Below are positions 49,411-58,402 of a stretch of DNA of 64,000 bases, one piece after another (position 1 is the first letter of the stretch; every line of letters begins with the position of its first letter). The DNA is taken from NCBI GenBank assembly GCA_963668025.2, contig CAXXTH010000010.1:992001-1056000 (forward strand). Direction: 5' to 3'. This stretch comes from Candidatus Hydrogenedentota bacterium. Lineage in GTDB: Bacteria; Hydrogenedentota; Hydrogenedentia; Hydrogenedentales; SLHB01. The notes beneath the pieces are model-generated. The model had not been told where the DNA came from and made no database searches. It saw only the letters and a list, made by a program, of their open reading frames with translations. Position numbers and translations under genes: made by a program.

Positions 49411-49468
49411 ATCTCGTAGCATGGCCGTCCCGGCCATGAGCATGGGCGGGACGCCCATGCTACGGGAT
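49411..49468. repeat. Inverted pair of GTAG-type REP-like palindromes between convergent genes
   Basis: CGTAG-CATGGCCGTCCCGGCCATG ag CATGGGCGGGACGCCCATG-CTACG. Confidence 0.7.
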
Positions 49469-49500
49469 AACTCACAAAATGTACGCTTAAATCTACCTCT

Positions 49501-50181
49501 CTATTCGGCCGACAGCCGCCATTGTATTTCGAAGCGCTGGCCGAGGTTTTTCCATTGGATGGTGGGGCGGCCGTTTTCGATAGATTGGCGCTTAGGTTTC
49601 GGTTCCACACCGAGCACTTCGGCCTTCGGCGGCAGCACTACCGTGACTTCATTGTGACTGCCCAAACCAGGATGGTTGGCATCATGCCAAACACCGGATT
49701 CATCCCGATACAACCCATATCGCTTTCCTTCATGCTCAACGAAGCCCATAGGGGCTTGCCGCTTGGTCCGCACGGTATAGCAAAGCCGCCCGCCCTTGAA
49801 TACAGGCGGCTCCAATTCCGCCACATAACGCGTCATGGAACCGTCAGGCTCACTACGCCATGAAAGCGGCTTCCCTTCCCCATCCCACCCTTGTATGTCT
49901 TCCGCTGCCGGATTGTCTGGCTGCATGGCGGCAGCGCCACTTACGAACGAGACTTCGCGCTTCGGCGTATCGCCCTTGTAGGTCTTGTCAATATGGAGCA
50001 CCCATTCCGATGCGCCTTGGGCGTCAATATACGTGAATGCCTGAACCGTTCCGAGCGATTGCATGGAAAACGCATGGCCAAAATAACTGCCGCAGAGCAT
50101 GGCTGGAACCACAATAGCGATGCTTGCGATGCGGCTTACGGTCTTGACCGGCATTTGAGAGAATAAATTCATTGTCCGCAT
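49501..50181 (-). CDS. Hypothetical exported protein, third gene of the ECF operon
   Basis: N-terminal hydrophobic segment; overlaps the upstream gene; C-terminal VTVVLPPKAEVLGVEPKP beta-sandwich-like pattern. Confidence 0.6.
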   Translation of the reverse strand: MRTMNLFSQMPVKTVSRIASIAIVVPAMLCGSYFGHAFSMQSLGTVQAFTYIDAQGASEWVLHIDKTYKGDTPKREVSFVSGAAAMQPDNPAAEDIQGWDGEGKPLSWRSEPDGSMTRYVAELEPPVFKGGRLCYTVRTKRQAPMGFVEHEGKRYGLYRDESGVWHDANHPGLGSHNEVTVVLPPKAEVLGVEPKPKRQSIENGRPTIQWKNLGQRFEIQWRLSAE

Positions 50182-50576
50182 GTGTCCTTATCCTCCCCAT
50201 GGACGCTGGCGGGCGCTACCGACGCCGCGAGTTCCGCCAACTGTTGTTGCACCTGCTTCACTTCACGCATCATTACATTCCGGCTATCCACCACCCAATA
50301 CCAGAGCCGGATGAGCACGGTTGTTTCCAGGCCGATCATCAACACGGCGAATCCCATGATGGTGATGCGCACTTCACTGGCAAGAAGTATAAAAAAACAT
50401 CCCAATACCATGAGCCCCATGCCGGCCAGCATGCCTATTGTCGTGTGCAAAATGAGCAGCTTGCGCTTGTTCTCCATTTCCTGGGTGAGCCGCTGGCGAA
50501 GGGCCTCCAGAGCACTATCTTCAATGGATGCGCCGCCAAATAGCAGCTCTTGGGCGCCCGGTGGTTCTCGTTTCAT
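50169..50576 (-). CDS. Two-TM membrane protein (DUF6768-like), probable anti-sigma partner
   Basis: ATGA overlap with the sigma stop; two TM helices followed by IRLWYWV..RNVMMREVKQVQQQLAEL. Confidence 0.65.
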   Translation of the reverse strand: MKREPPGAQELLFGGASIEDSALEALRQRLTQEMENKRKLLILHTTIGMLAGMGLMVLGCFFILLASEVRITIMGFAVLMIGLETTVLIRLWYWVVDSRNVMMREVKQVQQQLAELAASVAPASVHGEDKDTCGQ

Positions 50577-51118
50577 TGATGCATTTCCTCCATGGTTCGC
50601 CGCAACTGAATACGGCAATGGTGCAGGCGTGATTTCACCGTACCTACCGGTATGCCCAGCGCCTCTGCAATTTCACCAATCGTCAATCCTTCAAAGTAAT
50701 AGAGCGAAATCAAGGCGCGGCCTTCCGTCGGAAGCATCTTCAACGCCTGGGCCAAGGCCTCGCCGCGCGGATCCTCCAACGGTGTGGAATCCGGCGTATC
50801 AGACTGCGCCTCTAAATGTTCATCCAACCGGCGGCGGCGCTGCTGTTTGCGCACCCAGTCCACCGACTTTCCATGCGCGATGCGAAACGCCCATGCTGGA
50901 AATGCCCCCGGCTCATCGAGATCAGCCAGTTTCTTCACAATGGCCAGCCAAATCTCTTGGGTGACATCCCACGCCGCATCTTCATGGGTCAACAACCGCA
51001 CATGCCTCAGCAGACGGGGCGTCCAGCGCCGGACCAATTCATCCAGCGCCGATGCGTCGCCGCCCTGGCTTCGCACCACTAATAACTCCTCATAAATCTC
51101 ATCTGCTCGCTTAGTCAT
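50573..51118 (-). CDS. ECF RNA polymerase sigma factor
   Basis: AWDVTQEIWL, FPAWAFRIAH.K.VD..RK, LYYFEGLTIGEIAEALGIPVGTVKSRLH. Confidence 0.93.
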   Translation of the reverse strand: MTKRADEIYEELLVVRSQGGDASALDELVRRWTPRLLRHVRLLTHEDAAWDVTQEIWLAIVKKLADLDEPGAFPAWAFRIAHGKSVDWVRKQQRRRRLDEHLEAQSDTPDSTPLEDPRGEALAQALKMLPTEGRALISLYYFEGLTIGEIAEALGIPVGTVKSRLHHCRIQLRRTMEEMHQ

Positions 51119-51127
51119 CACTATAAG

Positions 51128-51153
51128 GTCGTTTCGCAAAGGACAGAGGTTCA
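51128..51153 (-). promoter_or_regulatory. ECF-type autoregulatory promoter; probable leaderless sigma mRNA
   Basis: Minus strand TGAACC-16 bp-CGAC, with ATG 9 nt downstream and no SD. Confidence 0.6.
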
Positions 51154-51378
51154 ACCAGAATCCATAGATAGAAATGGACGGAAAGAGCGTTATTTTGCAT
51201 ATCCTACCACCCGCCTGCACGTATGAAGTTAAAAATCATCATTGCATGGCGTATGGACCGATCTCCCAGATAATGAATTTCTCGCATTTTATAATAAAGG
51301 GCAACTATTTGCCGCCCTGTATACTGAACATATAGATAGGTTGACAAACAGAAAATGATCGGGTACGGTTATTGAGTC

Positions 51379-51398
51379 TGATGTGATGTGATGTGATG
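51379..51398 (+). repeat. (TGATG)4 short tandem repeat in the mtaB leader
   Basis: tgatg tgatg tgatg tgatg, downstream of TTGACA(51341)-17-TACGGT. Confidence 0.8.
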
Positions 51399-51446
51399 CT
51401 TTGGCCAGCACCTACCTATCCATCTTGTAGCCGAGGAGAACATGCT

Positions 51447-52832
51447 ATGCGACACTTTTCACATTTAGCTATTCAAAAAGCCGACGATCTGTTATTTGGC
51501 TGCGCTCCAAAACCGGTTGCCACGAAAAGCGGGATGCTTATTGGAGGCGGCCGGGTGTATCCAGAACTCAATTTCACCTTGCCGCCCATTGAATTGATCG
51601 ATGCGAACTATGCGGAAGTCCGGCGGCATTATCGCCAGATTGTCTCGGATGCCTTGCGGCGTGCGGCGGACCTGGATGCAGCGGGCGTGGTGTTGGAATT
51701 TGAGACCTTGCCGCCTATGACGCACCGTCCGGAATGGGGGGAAGACCTGTGCAAGATACTACTGGATGGCATGGCGGACGCCCAAGCTTCCCATGGTTTG
51801 CGCAGTGCGCTTCGCATGACGCCGAACGACAACCGGGAGATGGTGCGCCCGCCCAAAATGCGGAGCGGGAAGTATTGGGAGCACATGCTCGATACTTTCG
51901 AGCGATGCGCCGCCGCCGGAGCGGATTTCTTGAGCATCGAGTCCGTGGGAGGCAAGGAAGTCCATGACGAGGCGCTCACCATGTGCGACATTCAACAGGT
52001 GATATTCGCCCTGTGCAGCATGGGCGTACGGGACATGCGCTTCTTATGGACCCATATTGTAGAGATCGCCCAGCGTCATGGCGTTCATGCTGCGGGCGAT
52101 ACGGCGTGTGGATTCGGAAACACCGCCATGGTGCTGGCTGAGAAAGGGATGATCCCCCGCACCTTCGCCGCAGTGGTGCGCGCGGTATCGGCAGTGCGGT
52201 CCTTGGTTGCTTATGAATGCGGGGCGGCCGGGCCTGGCAAGGATTGCGGGTATGAGAACATCATCTTGAAAGCCATCACGGGTTGTCCCATGAGTATGGA
52301 AGGCAAAGCCGCCACTTGCGCCCATTTAAGCCCCGTCGGAAACGTGGCGGCGGCGGCATGCGACCTATGGAGTAATGAATCCGTTCAGAACATTCGCCTG
52401 CTGGGCGGCATGGCTCCCACCTGCTACCTCGAGAATCTGGAATATGATTGCCGCCTGATGAATGAAGCCTTGTCGCATGGCCCTGACGCGGCGCGGCAAT
52501 TACAAAGCTGGATGGCGGCGTCTGATGCCCGCCTGGATCCGCAAGCCTACATCCTGACGCCAGAAAGCGCGGTTGCATTAGCCAATACCATCGTTGAAGC
52601 GCCCAATGCATATATAGCAGGAAAGAACGCCGCTATGAAAGCCGTGGGTCTTTTGAGGCAAGGATACGAGAGCCAGGCGTTGCGCATACCAGACCGGGAA
52701 TTGCCATATCTTGACATGATACAGTCAAGCATCGAGTCCATGCCAGAAGAAGAAGAAACCTTCATTGCATCCATGCTCTTGTCGGGCAATACAAAACGCT
52801 ATATCCCCGAGGATTACGAATTAGTGCATTAA
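51447..52832 (+). CDS. mtaB: Methanol:corrinoid methyltransferase MtaB-family protein
   Basis: DDLLFGCAPKPV..G..IGGG.VYPELNF, VVLEFE, GADFLSIESVGGKE, AGDTACGFGNTAM, GPGKDCGYE, EGKAATCAH.S..GN, CDLWSNESV, LEYDCRLMNEA. Confidence 0.88.
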   Translation: MRHFSHLAIQKADDLLFGCAPKPVATKSGMLIGGGRVYPELNFTLPPIELIDANYAEVRRHYRQIVSDALRRAADLDAAGVVLEFETLPPMTHRPEWGEDLCKILLDGMADAQASHGLRSALRMTPNDNREMVRPPKMRSGKYWEHMLDTFERCAAAGADFLSIESVGGKEVHDEALTMCDIQQVIFALCSMGVRDMRFLWTHIVEIAQRHGVHAAGDTACGFGNTAMVLAEKGMIPRTFAAVVRAVSAVRSLVAYECGAAGPGKDCGYENIILKAITGCPMSMEGKAATCAHLSPVGNVAAAACDLWSNESVQNIRLLGGMAPTCYLENLEYDCRLMNEALSHGPDAARQLQSWMAASDARLDPQAYILTPESAVALANTIVEAPNAYIAGKNAAMKAVGLLRQGYESQALRIPDRELPYLDMIQSSIESMPEEEETFIASMLLSGNTKRYIPEDYELVH

Positions 52833-52853
52833 CCAATTCCATTGTGGGACGGA

Positions 52854-52883
52854 AGCGGGCAGCCGAGTATATCGCTGCCCGCT
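52854..52883 (+). terminator. Hairpin after mtaB
   Basis: AGCGGGCAGC-loop-GCTGCCCGCT. Confidence 0.6.
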
Positions 52884-53129
52884 ATGAAAAAACATGCAAT
52901 GAGCGTTTCGGGAAACGGCTTCGGGAAGGACTCGATAAGGCAGCCAAGGCGTACATAAACAGCAAGAACCTTGGAATACACAAAATGTAGTGAAGACTTT
53001 GAAAGATCAATCCAGCATTACCAGCCACTTACCAAAATAGCTGCGGATATTTGGCTAACAGCCCGAAAACGGATTCCCATTCAACAAGCCGAGATTGAAT
53101 GTCGTCACAAGTGTTGTCAGTAAAACAAG

Positions 53130-53163
53130 ACCCCAAGGACTTGTTTTTACAAGCCCTTGGGGT
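53130..53163 (-). terminator. Hairpin downstream of the tRNA 3' fragment (probable native tRNA terminator)
   Basis: ACCCCAAGGACTTGT-tttt-ACAAGCCCTTGGGGT. Confidence 0.65.
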
Positions 53164-53176
53164 TAAATACTTTAGG

Positions 53177-53218
53177 TGGTGGGCGGTACAGGACTCGAAC
53201 CAGTGACCTCTTGCATGT
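53177..53218 (-). other. att site: duplicated 3' half of a tRNA-Val-like gene (anticodon loop to CCA)
   Basis: Minus strand ACATGCAAGAGGTCACTGGTTCGAGTCCTGTACCGCCCACCA has a T-arm, acceptor 3' strand and CCA; no 5' half upstream; integrase is ~200 bp away. Confidence 0.85.
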
Positions 53219-53321
53219 TAATGAGTAATAGTTTGTATATTTGGTGTAACAACATGTTAGGGTAATATGCACAAAAAGCCTTGAGTTCCCTAGAGTTAAA
53301 GCCTGTTTTGTGTTTTACCTC

Positions 53322-53376
53322 TTGACACATATCGTTACATGGTGTATGCTTGAAAATGATCCATGAGTGATCCATG
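53322..53376 (+). promoter_or_regulatory. Integrase promoter and arm-type direct repeats
   Basis: TTGACA(53322)-17-TATGCT(53345); TGATCCATG twice at an 11-bp period (53357, 53368). Confidence 0.65.
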
Positions 53377-53421
53377 GATCAGAATGCGGCTGATCACCGC
53401 GAGGCGAGAAAGGGATCAACC

Positions 53422-54696
53422 ATGGGAAAGGTAAACCTAACAGCAAAGGCAATTCGAGACGCCTTGCCTACTGAGCGGGAATATACGCTCACCGATCTCG
53501 TTGTCCGAAACCTGGCTTTGCGTATCCTGCCTTCCGGCCAAAAAATCTACACGCTTTTATATATGGATCAGGCAGGCCGCCGTAAACGCCTTACGCTTGG
53601 CAACGCAGATGTTCTATCTGTTGCGCAGGCCCGAATACTCGCCAGGCAACGCCAGGCAGATATCGCAAAGGGCATTGACCCTTCCGAGGAAAAGAAAAAA
53701 GCCAAGCGCAACCTGACATTGCGGCAGTTCATGGACGAACATTACACGCCGTGGTTACTCAGTAATCTCAGAAGCGGTAAAGAAGTTGATAAATCTTTGC
53801 GGCGCGCGTTTAAGAGCCTTATGAATATGAAGTTGAGCGCCATATCCGCTTTTCATGTTGAAAAAGTACGCGCCGAACTCACGAAAGCAGGCAAGCGCGT
53901 GGCCTCAAATCGATATAGTGCGCTATTTAAAGCTCTCGTAGCCCGCGCCCATAAATGGGAATTCCTCGAAACGAATATCATTGCCGGTAAAGTATCTCGC
54001 CACAAAGAAGACCGGGGGCGTGTTCGATATCTAGATGCGGCAGAAGAGGCCCGCCTACTCGAAGCGCTCGACCGCAGACAGGATAAGCAGAGGGAAGAAC
54101 GCGCCCGTATGATTGCGTGGGCACAAAAACGGCATCTCCCGACGTTGCCCGATCTGAATGGGCTCACCTATACCGACTACCTTAAACCGCTCATACTCGC
54201 AGTGTTGTACTCCGGTATGCGCCGGGGTGAAGCGTTCAGCCTGCTATGGTCTGATATCAATTGGGAACAGAATACCATCACCATCCGCGCGGAGTCCGCG
54301 AAGTCGGAGAAAATGCGGCATATCCCTATGTGCGCCGCGCTACGGCAGGTGTTGGAGCAATGGCAAGCCCAAGGTATGGGGCAAGGTCTTGTGTTTCCAA
54401 GCCCCAAGACTGGCGGACGCCTCGACAATATTCAAACATCATGGGAGCGTCTCATAAAAGATGCGAAGATTGAAGGCTTCAGGTTTCATGATCTGCGGCA
54501 TTCGTTCGCATCAAGGCTGGCTATGGCGGGCGTGGACCTGAACACCATCCGCGAATTGCTTGGGCATTCGGATCTGAAAATGACCCTACGATACGCGCAC
54601 CTATCACCGGCCCGGACGCAAGCGGCGGTGAATGTGCTCGACCGAATTGACAACGTGCTCAAGTTTGAACGGAAAGGGGAAGGGGGGAATGTATGA
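53422..54696 (+). CDS. int: Tyrosine recombinase/integrase with N-terminal arm-binding domain
   Basis: LALRILPSGQK..RKRLTLG..LSVAQAR..GIDP arm domain; GMRRGE, AKSEK, FHDLRHSFAS, LLGHSD, LRYAHL catalytic R-K-H-R-H-Y set. Confidence 0.95.
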   Translation: MGKVNLTAKAIRDALPTEREYTLTDLVVRNLALRILPSGQKIYTLLYMDQAGRRKRLTLGNADVLSVAQARILARQRQADIAKGIDPSEEKKKAKRNLTLRQFMDEHYTPWLLSNLRSGKEVDKSLRRAFKSLMNMKLSAISAFHVEKVRAELTKAGKRVASNRYSALFKALVARAHKWEFLETNIIAGKVSRHKEDRGRVRYLDAAEEARLLEALDRRQDKQREERARMIAWAQKRHLPTLPDLNGLTYTDYLKPLILAVLYSGMRRGEAFSLLWSDINWEQNTITIRAESAKSEKMRHIPMCAALRQVLEQWQAQGMGQGLVFPSPKTGGRLDNIQTSWERLIKDAKIEGFRFHDLRHSFASRLAMAGVDLNTIRELLGHSDLKMTLRYAHLSPARTQAAVNVLDRIDNVLKFERKGEGGNV

Positions 54697-55331
54697 GCAG
54701 TATTGCCCCGATTGAGAGCATCGAGGCCGTTATCCACACCGTACGTGGTGAACGGGTGATCTTCGATACAGACCTTGCAGAACTGTATGGCGTGCCCACA
54801 AAGGCGCTCAACCAAGCTATTAAACGCAACGCGGAACGTTTCCCGCAGGATTTTATGTTTCTCCTTACCCAGCAGGAGTTTACAGATTTGAGGTCACAAA
54901 TTGTGACCGCAAACGCGGGCGGTCGTGGTGGACGCCGCACCTTACCGTATGCCTTCACCGAACACGGGGCCATCATGGCCGCCAATGTCCTGAACTCAAA
55001 AAAGGCCGTGGAAATGAGCATGTATGTGGTGCGGGCATTCGTACACATGCGCCGCGCCTTAGCCGACCACAAGGAATTGGCCGCCCGTCTAGACGCCGTC
55101 GAGAAGCACATGGAAGAGCATGACGAATCCATCAAGGCATTGGTGCAGGCAATGCGGGCGCTCATGACGCCACCATCCAAGGAGCACAGGCAGATAGGCT
55201 TCAAGAAAAGCCATAAGACATTGCCCGGACATCTTCTGATGGCGGCGGGCTGGCGTGTGCTGGCCCGCCCTTATGGCTCTATTTGGTGTAAGGAGCGCGT
55301 GAAATGGATCAAACAACCGCAGGGTGCATGA
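54693..55331 (+). CDS. ORF6N-domain (KilA-N-like) DNA-binding protein
   Basis: VRGERVIFDTDLAELYGVPTKALNQAIKRNAERFPQDFMF...LPYAFTEHGAIMAANVLNSKKAVEM...VVRAFV...QIGF. Confidence 0.92.
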   Translation: MSSIAPIESIEAVIHTVRGERVIFDTDLAELYGVPTKALNQAIKRNAERFPQDFMFLLTQQEFTDLRSQIVTANAGGRGGRRTLPYAFTEHGAIMAANVLNSKKAVEMSMYVVRAFVHMRRALADHKELAARLDAVEKHMEEHDESIKALVQAMRALMTPPSKEHRQIGFKKSHKTLPGHLLMAAGWRVLARPYGSIWCKERVKWIKQPQGA

Positions 55332-55759
55332 AGTATGGGTGTCTGACTTTGGTTGTACTGTTCGTTGCTTCTGTGGTAATCAACCTTATTACCGAAAACA
55401 GCAAATCATCCCCACCACCCAGGCCGCCCGCGCCCGTTTACCAGGCAATAGCACCCCGAAACCCAACGAACACACAATTACCACTTGACGTTTATGAACT
55501 CAAGATCGGAGCGATGTATCGAACCGCCAAGCCTGATACGCCGCTATGTCCGACACCAAACCCTCAAGCGCGATCATTTAATGAAGGGATGCAGGCTATT
55601 GCTCAGATACGGCTACTCCCATCAGGTATGCGCTTCAGGATATTGCAAAAGGCAGAATATCGAGGTGACGTATGGTATGCCGTTGAAACCGAATCGCCCA
55701 TGTTGCGAGGTTGGTTCAATTGCGTTGCGCTGGCAAGAAACGTAGAGGAAGTCAAGTGA
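55304..55759 (+). CDS. Hypothetical membrane-anchored protein (one TM, Pro-rich linker, small beta domain)
   Basis: SD AAGGAG; GCLTLVVLFVASVVINLI TM; C-terminal FRIL..WYAVE..RGW is SH3-like by eye. Confidence 0.6.
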   Translation: MDQTTAGCMKYGCLTLVVLFVASVVINLITENSKSSPPPRPPAPVYQAIAPRNPTNTQLPLDVYELKIGAMYRTAKPDTPLCPTPNPQARSFNEGMQAIAQIRLLPSGMRFRILQKAEYRGDVWYAVETESPMLRGWFNCVALARNVEEVK

Positions 55760-55777
55760 CGTAGTGTTTACACCTCC

Positions 55778-55920
55778 TGGACTTTCCGCCGCAAACACAC
55801 TATACTGATACCGTAGGTTTAGGGTAGCCGTTCTTGATGGCCATCGAGACGGCTCACGGGAACCGCCACCCCGGCAGCACTCCGCCAAGGGTGGCGCTTC
55901 CCGGCCCGCAACAATAGGAG
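55778..55920 (+). promoter_or_regulatory. Promoter plus structured leader (two GC-rich hairpins)
   Basis: TGGACT-17-TATACT(55801); hairpins at 55826-55854 and 55857-55903; SD AGGAG before ATG 55931. Confidence 0.55.
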
Positions 55921-55930
55921 TGCATACGAA

Positions 55931-56584
55931 ATGCCATTTAACTGGAACATCCCTCCACTACCCGAGCATATCGAAGCCCAACCCTTTCCTGTAATTCATA
56001 TCGAGAAGATTCTGCGCGGGATGGACCCGCCAGAACCGTGGGATATCGCCGAATGCTCTGCAATAATCGCCCGGTACAGCACGTTAGAAATATCTGAGCA
56101 AATGGCATGGTTTACGAATTTATATCTTGCCATGACTACGGAAATCGAACGTTGCAAGATACTGGTTATTGAGACCCTGGATAAAGAAATCCCTGTGATT
56201 TCCCGAGGTGATGCGGCCCGCATTGCGCGCAAATGGAATTACCCCGTACCGCCGAATTTTGAGCAGCCCGTGGCGGCGGAGATGAATCTGATATCTCTCG
56301 CGACAGCCAAAGAGATTACTATTAAGGCGTGTGGGTATAATGGAGATAAAGCCGAAAAACAAGCCCAGAACTTTATTGACCACCACAAGAATACTATTCT
56401 TGATAATGGCAAAAAGGGTAAAGCCCGTAAGATAGACGAAATATCGCTACGTGTTACCCTGCACAGATTTATGAGTAAGAAGGGCGACACCACAAATCGT
56501 CCCACTCCAACCAATACCCCTGATGGAGAGCCCAAAAACGCATCATTAAAACAGCTTGAAGCCATCAATCGCTCAAAATTCTAA
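55931..56584 (+). CDS. Hypothetical protein of the integrated element
   Basis: 217-aa ORF with SD and promoter; basic C-terminal half; no family recognised. Confidence 0.6.
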   Translation: MPFNWNIPPLPEHIEAQPFPVIHIEKILRGMDPPEPWDIAECSAIIARYSTLEISEQMAWFTNLYLAMTTEIERCKILVIETLDKEIPVISRGDAARIARKWNYPVPPNFEQPVAAEMNLISLATAKEITIKACGYNGDKAEKQAQNFIDHHKNTILDNGKKGKARKIDEISLRVTLHRFMSKKGDTTNRPTPTNTPDGEPKNASLKQLEAINRSKF

Positions 56585-56633
56585 TCCATTGGGAGATCCC
56601 CCGGCTCTGCCGGGGTCTGGAGTTTCTCCATTA

Positions 56634-58013
56634 TCAAGCAGCCGCGGCGCTTGCCATTGTTGCTCTGGAGGTTTCTATGCCGAGTGGACGGAGCAAATGG
56701 GGCTGTTCGTCCATCTCTTTTCTCAATAGAGTGATGAGAGCGAGGCACGATGGGCGTGTGGCGTGTTTTCGCCACCGTGGCAGCGGGGCGTATGCACTAT
56801 TTCGTTCGGGGCCAAAGGTTTTTATGGCGGCCAGTAGCAATGCGCTGTAGGCGGCGATGGCAAGCGGGGGCTGCTTGGGTATGGCATTGGGGTTCCAGAG
56901 CTGAGCTTGTCCGACGCCCAAGGTGTCCTTTTCCTCGCGATGGTTGACTTCAATCTGCCAGCGGTCGAAGTAGATCTGGAGCAGCCTCTGTGCGGCGTGA
57001 ACCCTGTCGGTACAAAGAAGGTAGGCTGGTTGCCGGTAATAAAGCTTACTGCTTTTCCGCTTGCGGTAGGGGGTGGGAGCGATAGCGAAAAGGCGGAGGG
57101 GAAGACGGCGCGCGCCGCCTTGCCAGTAGAGGGTCTTGATTTCCTTGTAGCGGACCTTGCGGCGTTTGCCGCCGTAGAATAGCTTCGTAGTCTTCCAGGG
57201 GATGCTATCGTCCTGGCGTACTTGCTCGGGGGTGAATTTTTCTTGGGCATAGAAACGCCGCGAACCCTCTGGAGCGCCAAAGCATAGGACTGCGTCCTTG
57301 CGGGCACGGGCGATGAGGTGGGTGCGGTCGCGTTCAGCGTCGAAGACGGTCTGGTTGCAAAAGCTGCCGTCGAGGGCCATGACCAAGGTTTTCTCCCTGG
57401 CGCCGACGGCGTCGAGGGATGCGCGCAAGGAGTCCATCATCGCCACGCAATGGGTTGAAAGGTTCTTCTCTTTACGGCGCTGCTTGTACGCCATCCACTC
57501 CTCCTCGCTTGCGCGCTTGCCAGGCTTCTTGGCGGGGGAAGGCTCCTCGAAACGCACGGGCAAGGCGCGGCAACTAAAGGCGCCGCCTTGGTGAAGCGGT
57601 ACGAGAAGGGAGGCCTGCAGGAAACGCAGGCCCAGAATGAGATTGGTGTGGAACGGCGGGGACAGGGGGTCGCGCTGATGAAAAGCCTGGACAATGCACC
57701 GGCCGGTCTTGTGCAGCTTGGTATCATCGACGGCGACGCCTACAAGCGGGTCTTCACACTGGGGCAGGGCTCCTTCCCAAATAGGGTCGAAGAGCTGCTG
57801 GGGGTCCCACTTGGCGCGGCCGTACATGTGGTATTCAGCCTGCCACGGCAGATTCTCGCGACCACAGGCCCAAAGGGTCCGCGTGATTGTGCGCCGCCCC
57901 AAACAGACCAGTGACCCAAGTCCCTGCCGCACCGCACGCACGGTGGTGCGCTCTTGGGCAAAAGCATCGCGCCAGCGCTCGGTAACGTTGAGCCATTCGT
58001 GTAAAAGACTCAT
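56634..58013 (-). CDS. IS701-like DDE transposase
   Basis: GRRTIT, VAVDDTKLHKTG, MALDGSF, YFDRWQIEVNHREEK..LG. Confidence 0.88.
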   Translation of the reverse strand: MSLLHEWLNVTERWRDAFAQERTTVRAVRQGLGSLVCLGRRTITRTLWACGRENLPWQAEYHMYGRAKWDPQQLFDPIWEGALPQCEDPLVGVAVDDTKLHKTGRCIVQAFHQRDPLSPPFHTNLILGLRFLQASLLVPLHQGGAFSCRALPVRFEEPSPAKKPGKRASEEEWMAYKQRRKEKNLSTHCVAMMDSLRASLDAVGAREKTLVMALDGSFCNQTVFDAERDRTHLIARARKDAVLCFGAPEGSRRFYAQEKFTPEQVRQDDSIPWKTTKLFYGGKRRKVRYKEIKTLYWQGGARRLPLRLFAIAPTPYRKRKSSKLYYRQPAYLLCTDRVHAAQRLLQIYFDRWQIEVNHREEKDTLGVGQAQLWNPNAIPKQPPLAIAAYSALLLAAIKTFGPERNSAYAPLPRWRKHATRPSCLALITLLRKEMDEQPHLLRPLGIETSRATMASAAAA

Positions 58014-58345
58014 CGCTTGCCTCCTTTGAGTCCGAAGGTGTTCTTGTCCGCGCGGACAAAGCGGTCTTCCCGAGCCACCTTTTTGGTGAGGGAAGACACC
58101 AGGCTTTCCCGGTCCACCGTAATGCCGAAGACCGCATGAATGCGACTCAGGATCTCATTGACATGAAGGGGATGAGCGGCCCTCAAGAGTATGTCATATG
58201 CCATATCTACTTGCGACATACTTGTTCTGGGTCGTGGCTCCTCCCTGGATTCTTCCCCCCTACGCAGACGGCGCACCGCCCGAAGCTGCGCCTCAAGCCC
58301 TTTTTCCATAGCCTCTAGGATCGTGTCACGCAATTCGTCATTCAT
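58010..58345 (-). CDS. HARE-HTH-like winged-helix protein, translationally coupled to the transposase
   Basis: SQVDMAYDILLRAAHPLHVNEIL..DRESLVSSLTKKV...FVRADKNTFGL; SD GGAGGG. Confidence 0.75.
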   Translation of the reverse strand: MNDELRDTILEAMEKGLEAQLRAVRRLRRGEESREEPRPRTSMSQVDMAYDILLRAAHPLHVNEILSRIHAVFGITVDRESLVSSLTKKVAREDRFVRADKNTFGLKGGKR

Positions 58346-58373
58346 GGCGCCGCCCTCCTGCCTAGCCAACAAG

Positions 58374-58402
58374 ATTGTAGCACAAACGAGTCGGTATGTC
58401 AA
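58374..58402 (-). promoter_or_regulatory. Near-consensus sigma70 promoter of the IS701-like element
   Basis: Minus strand TTGACA-17 bp-TACAAT with extended TG. Confidence 0.75.

Noticed and set aside
53177-53250. Complete tRNA gene
   Set aside because: Only the 3' half is present. The upstream sequence is AT-rich with no D-arm or acceptor 5' strand, so it is called an att duplication.
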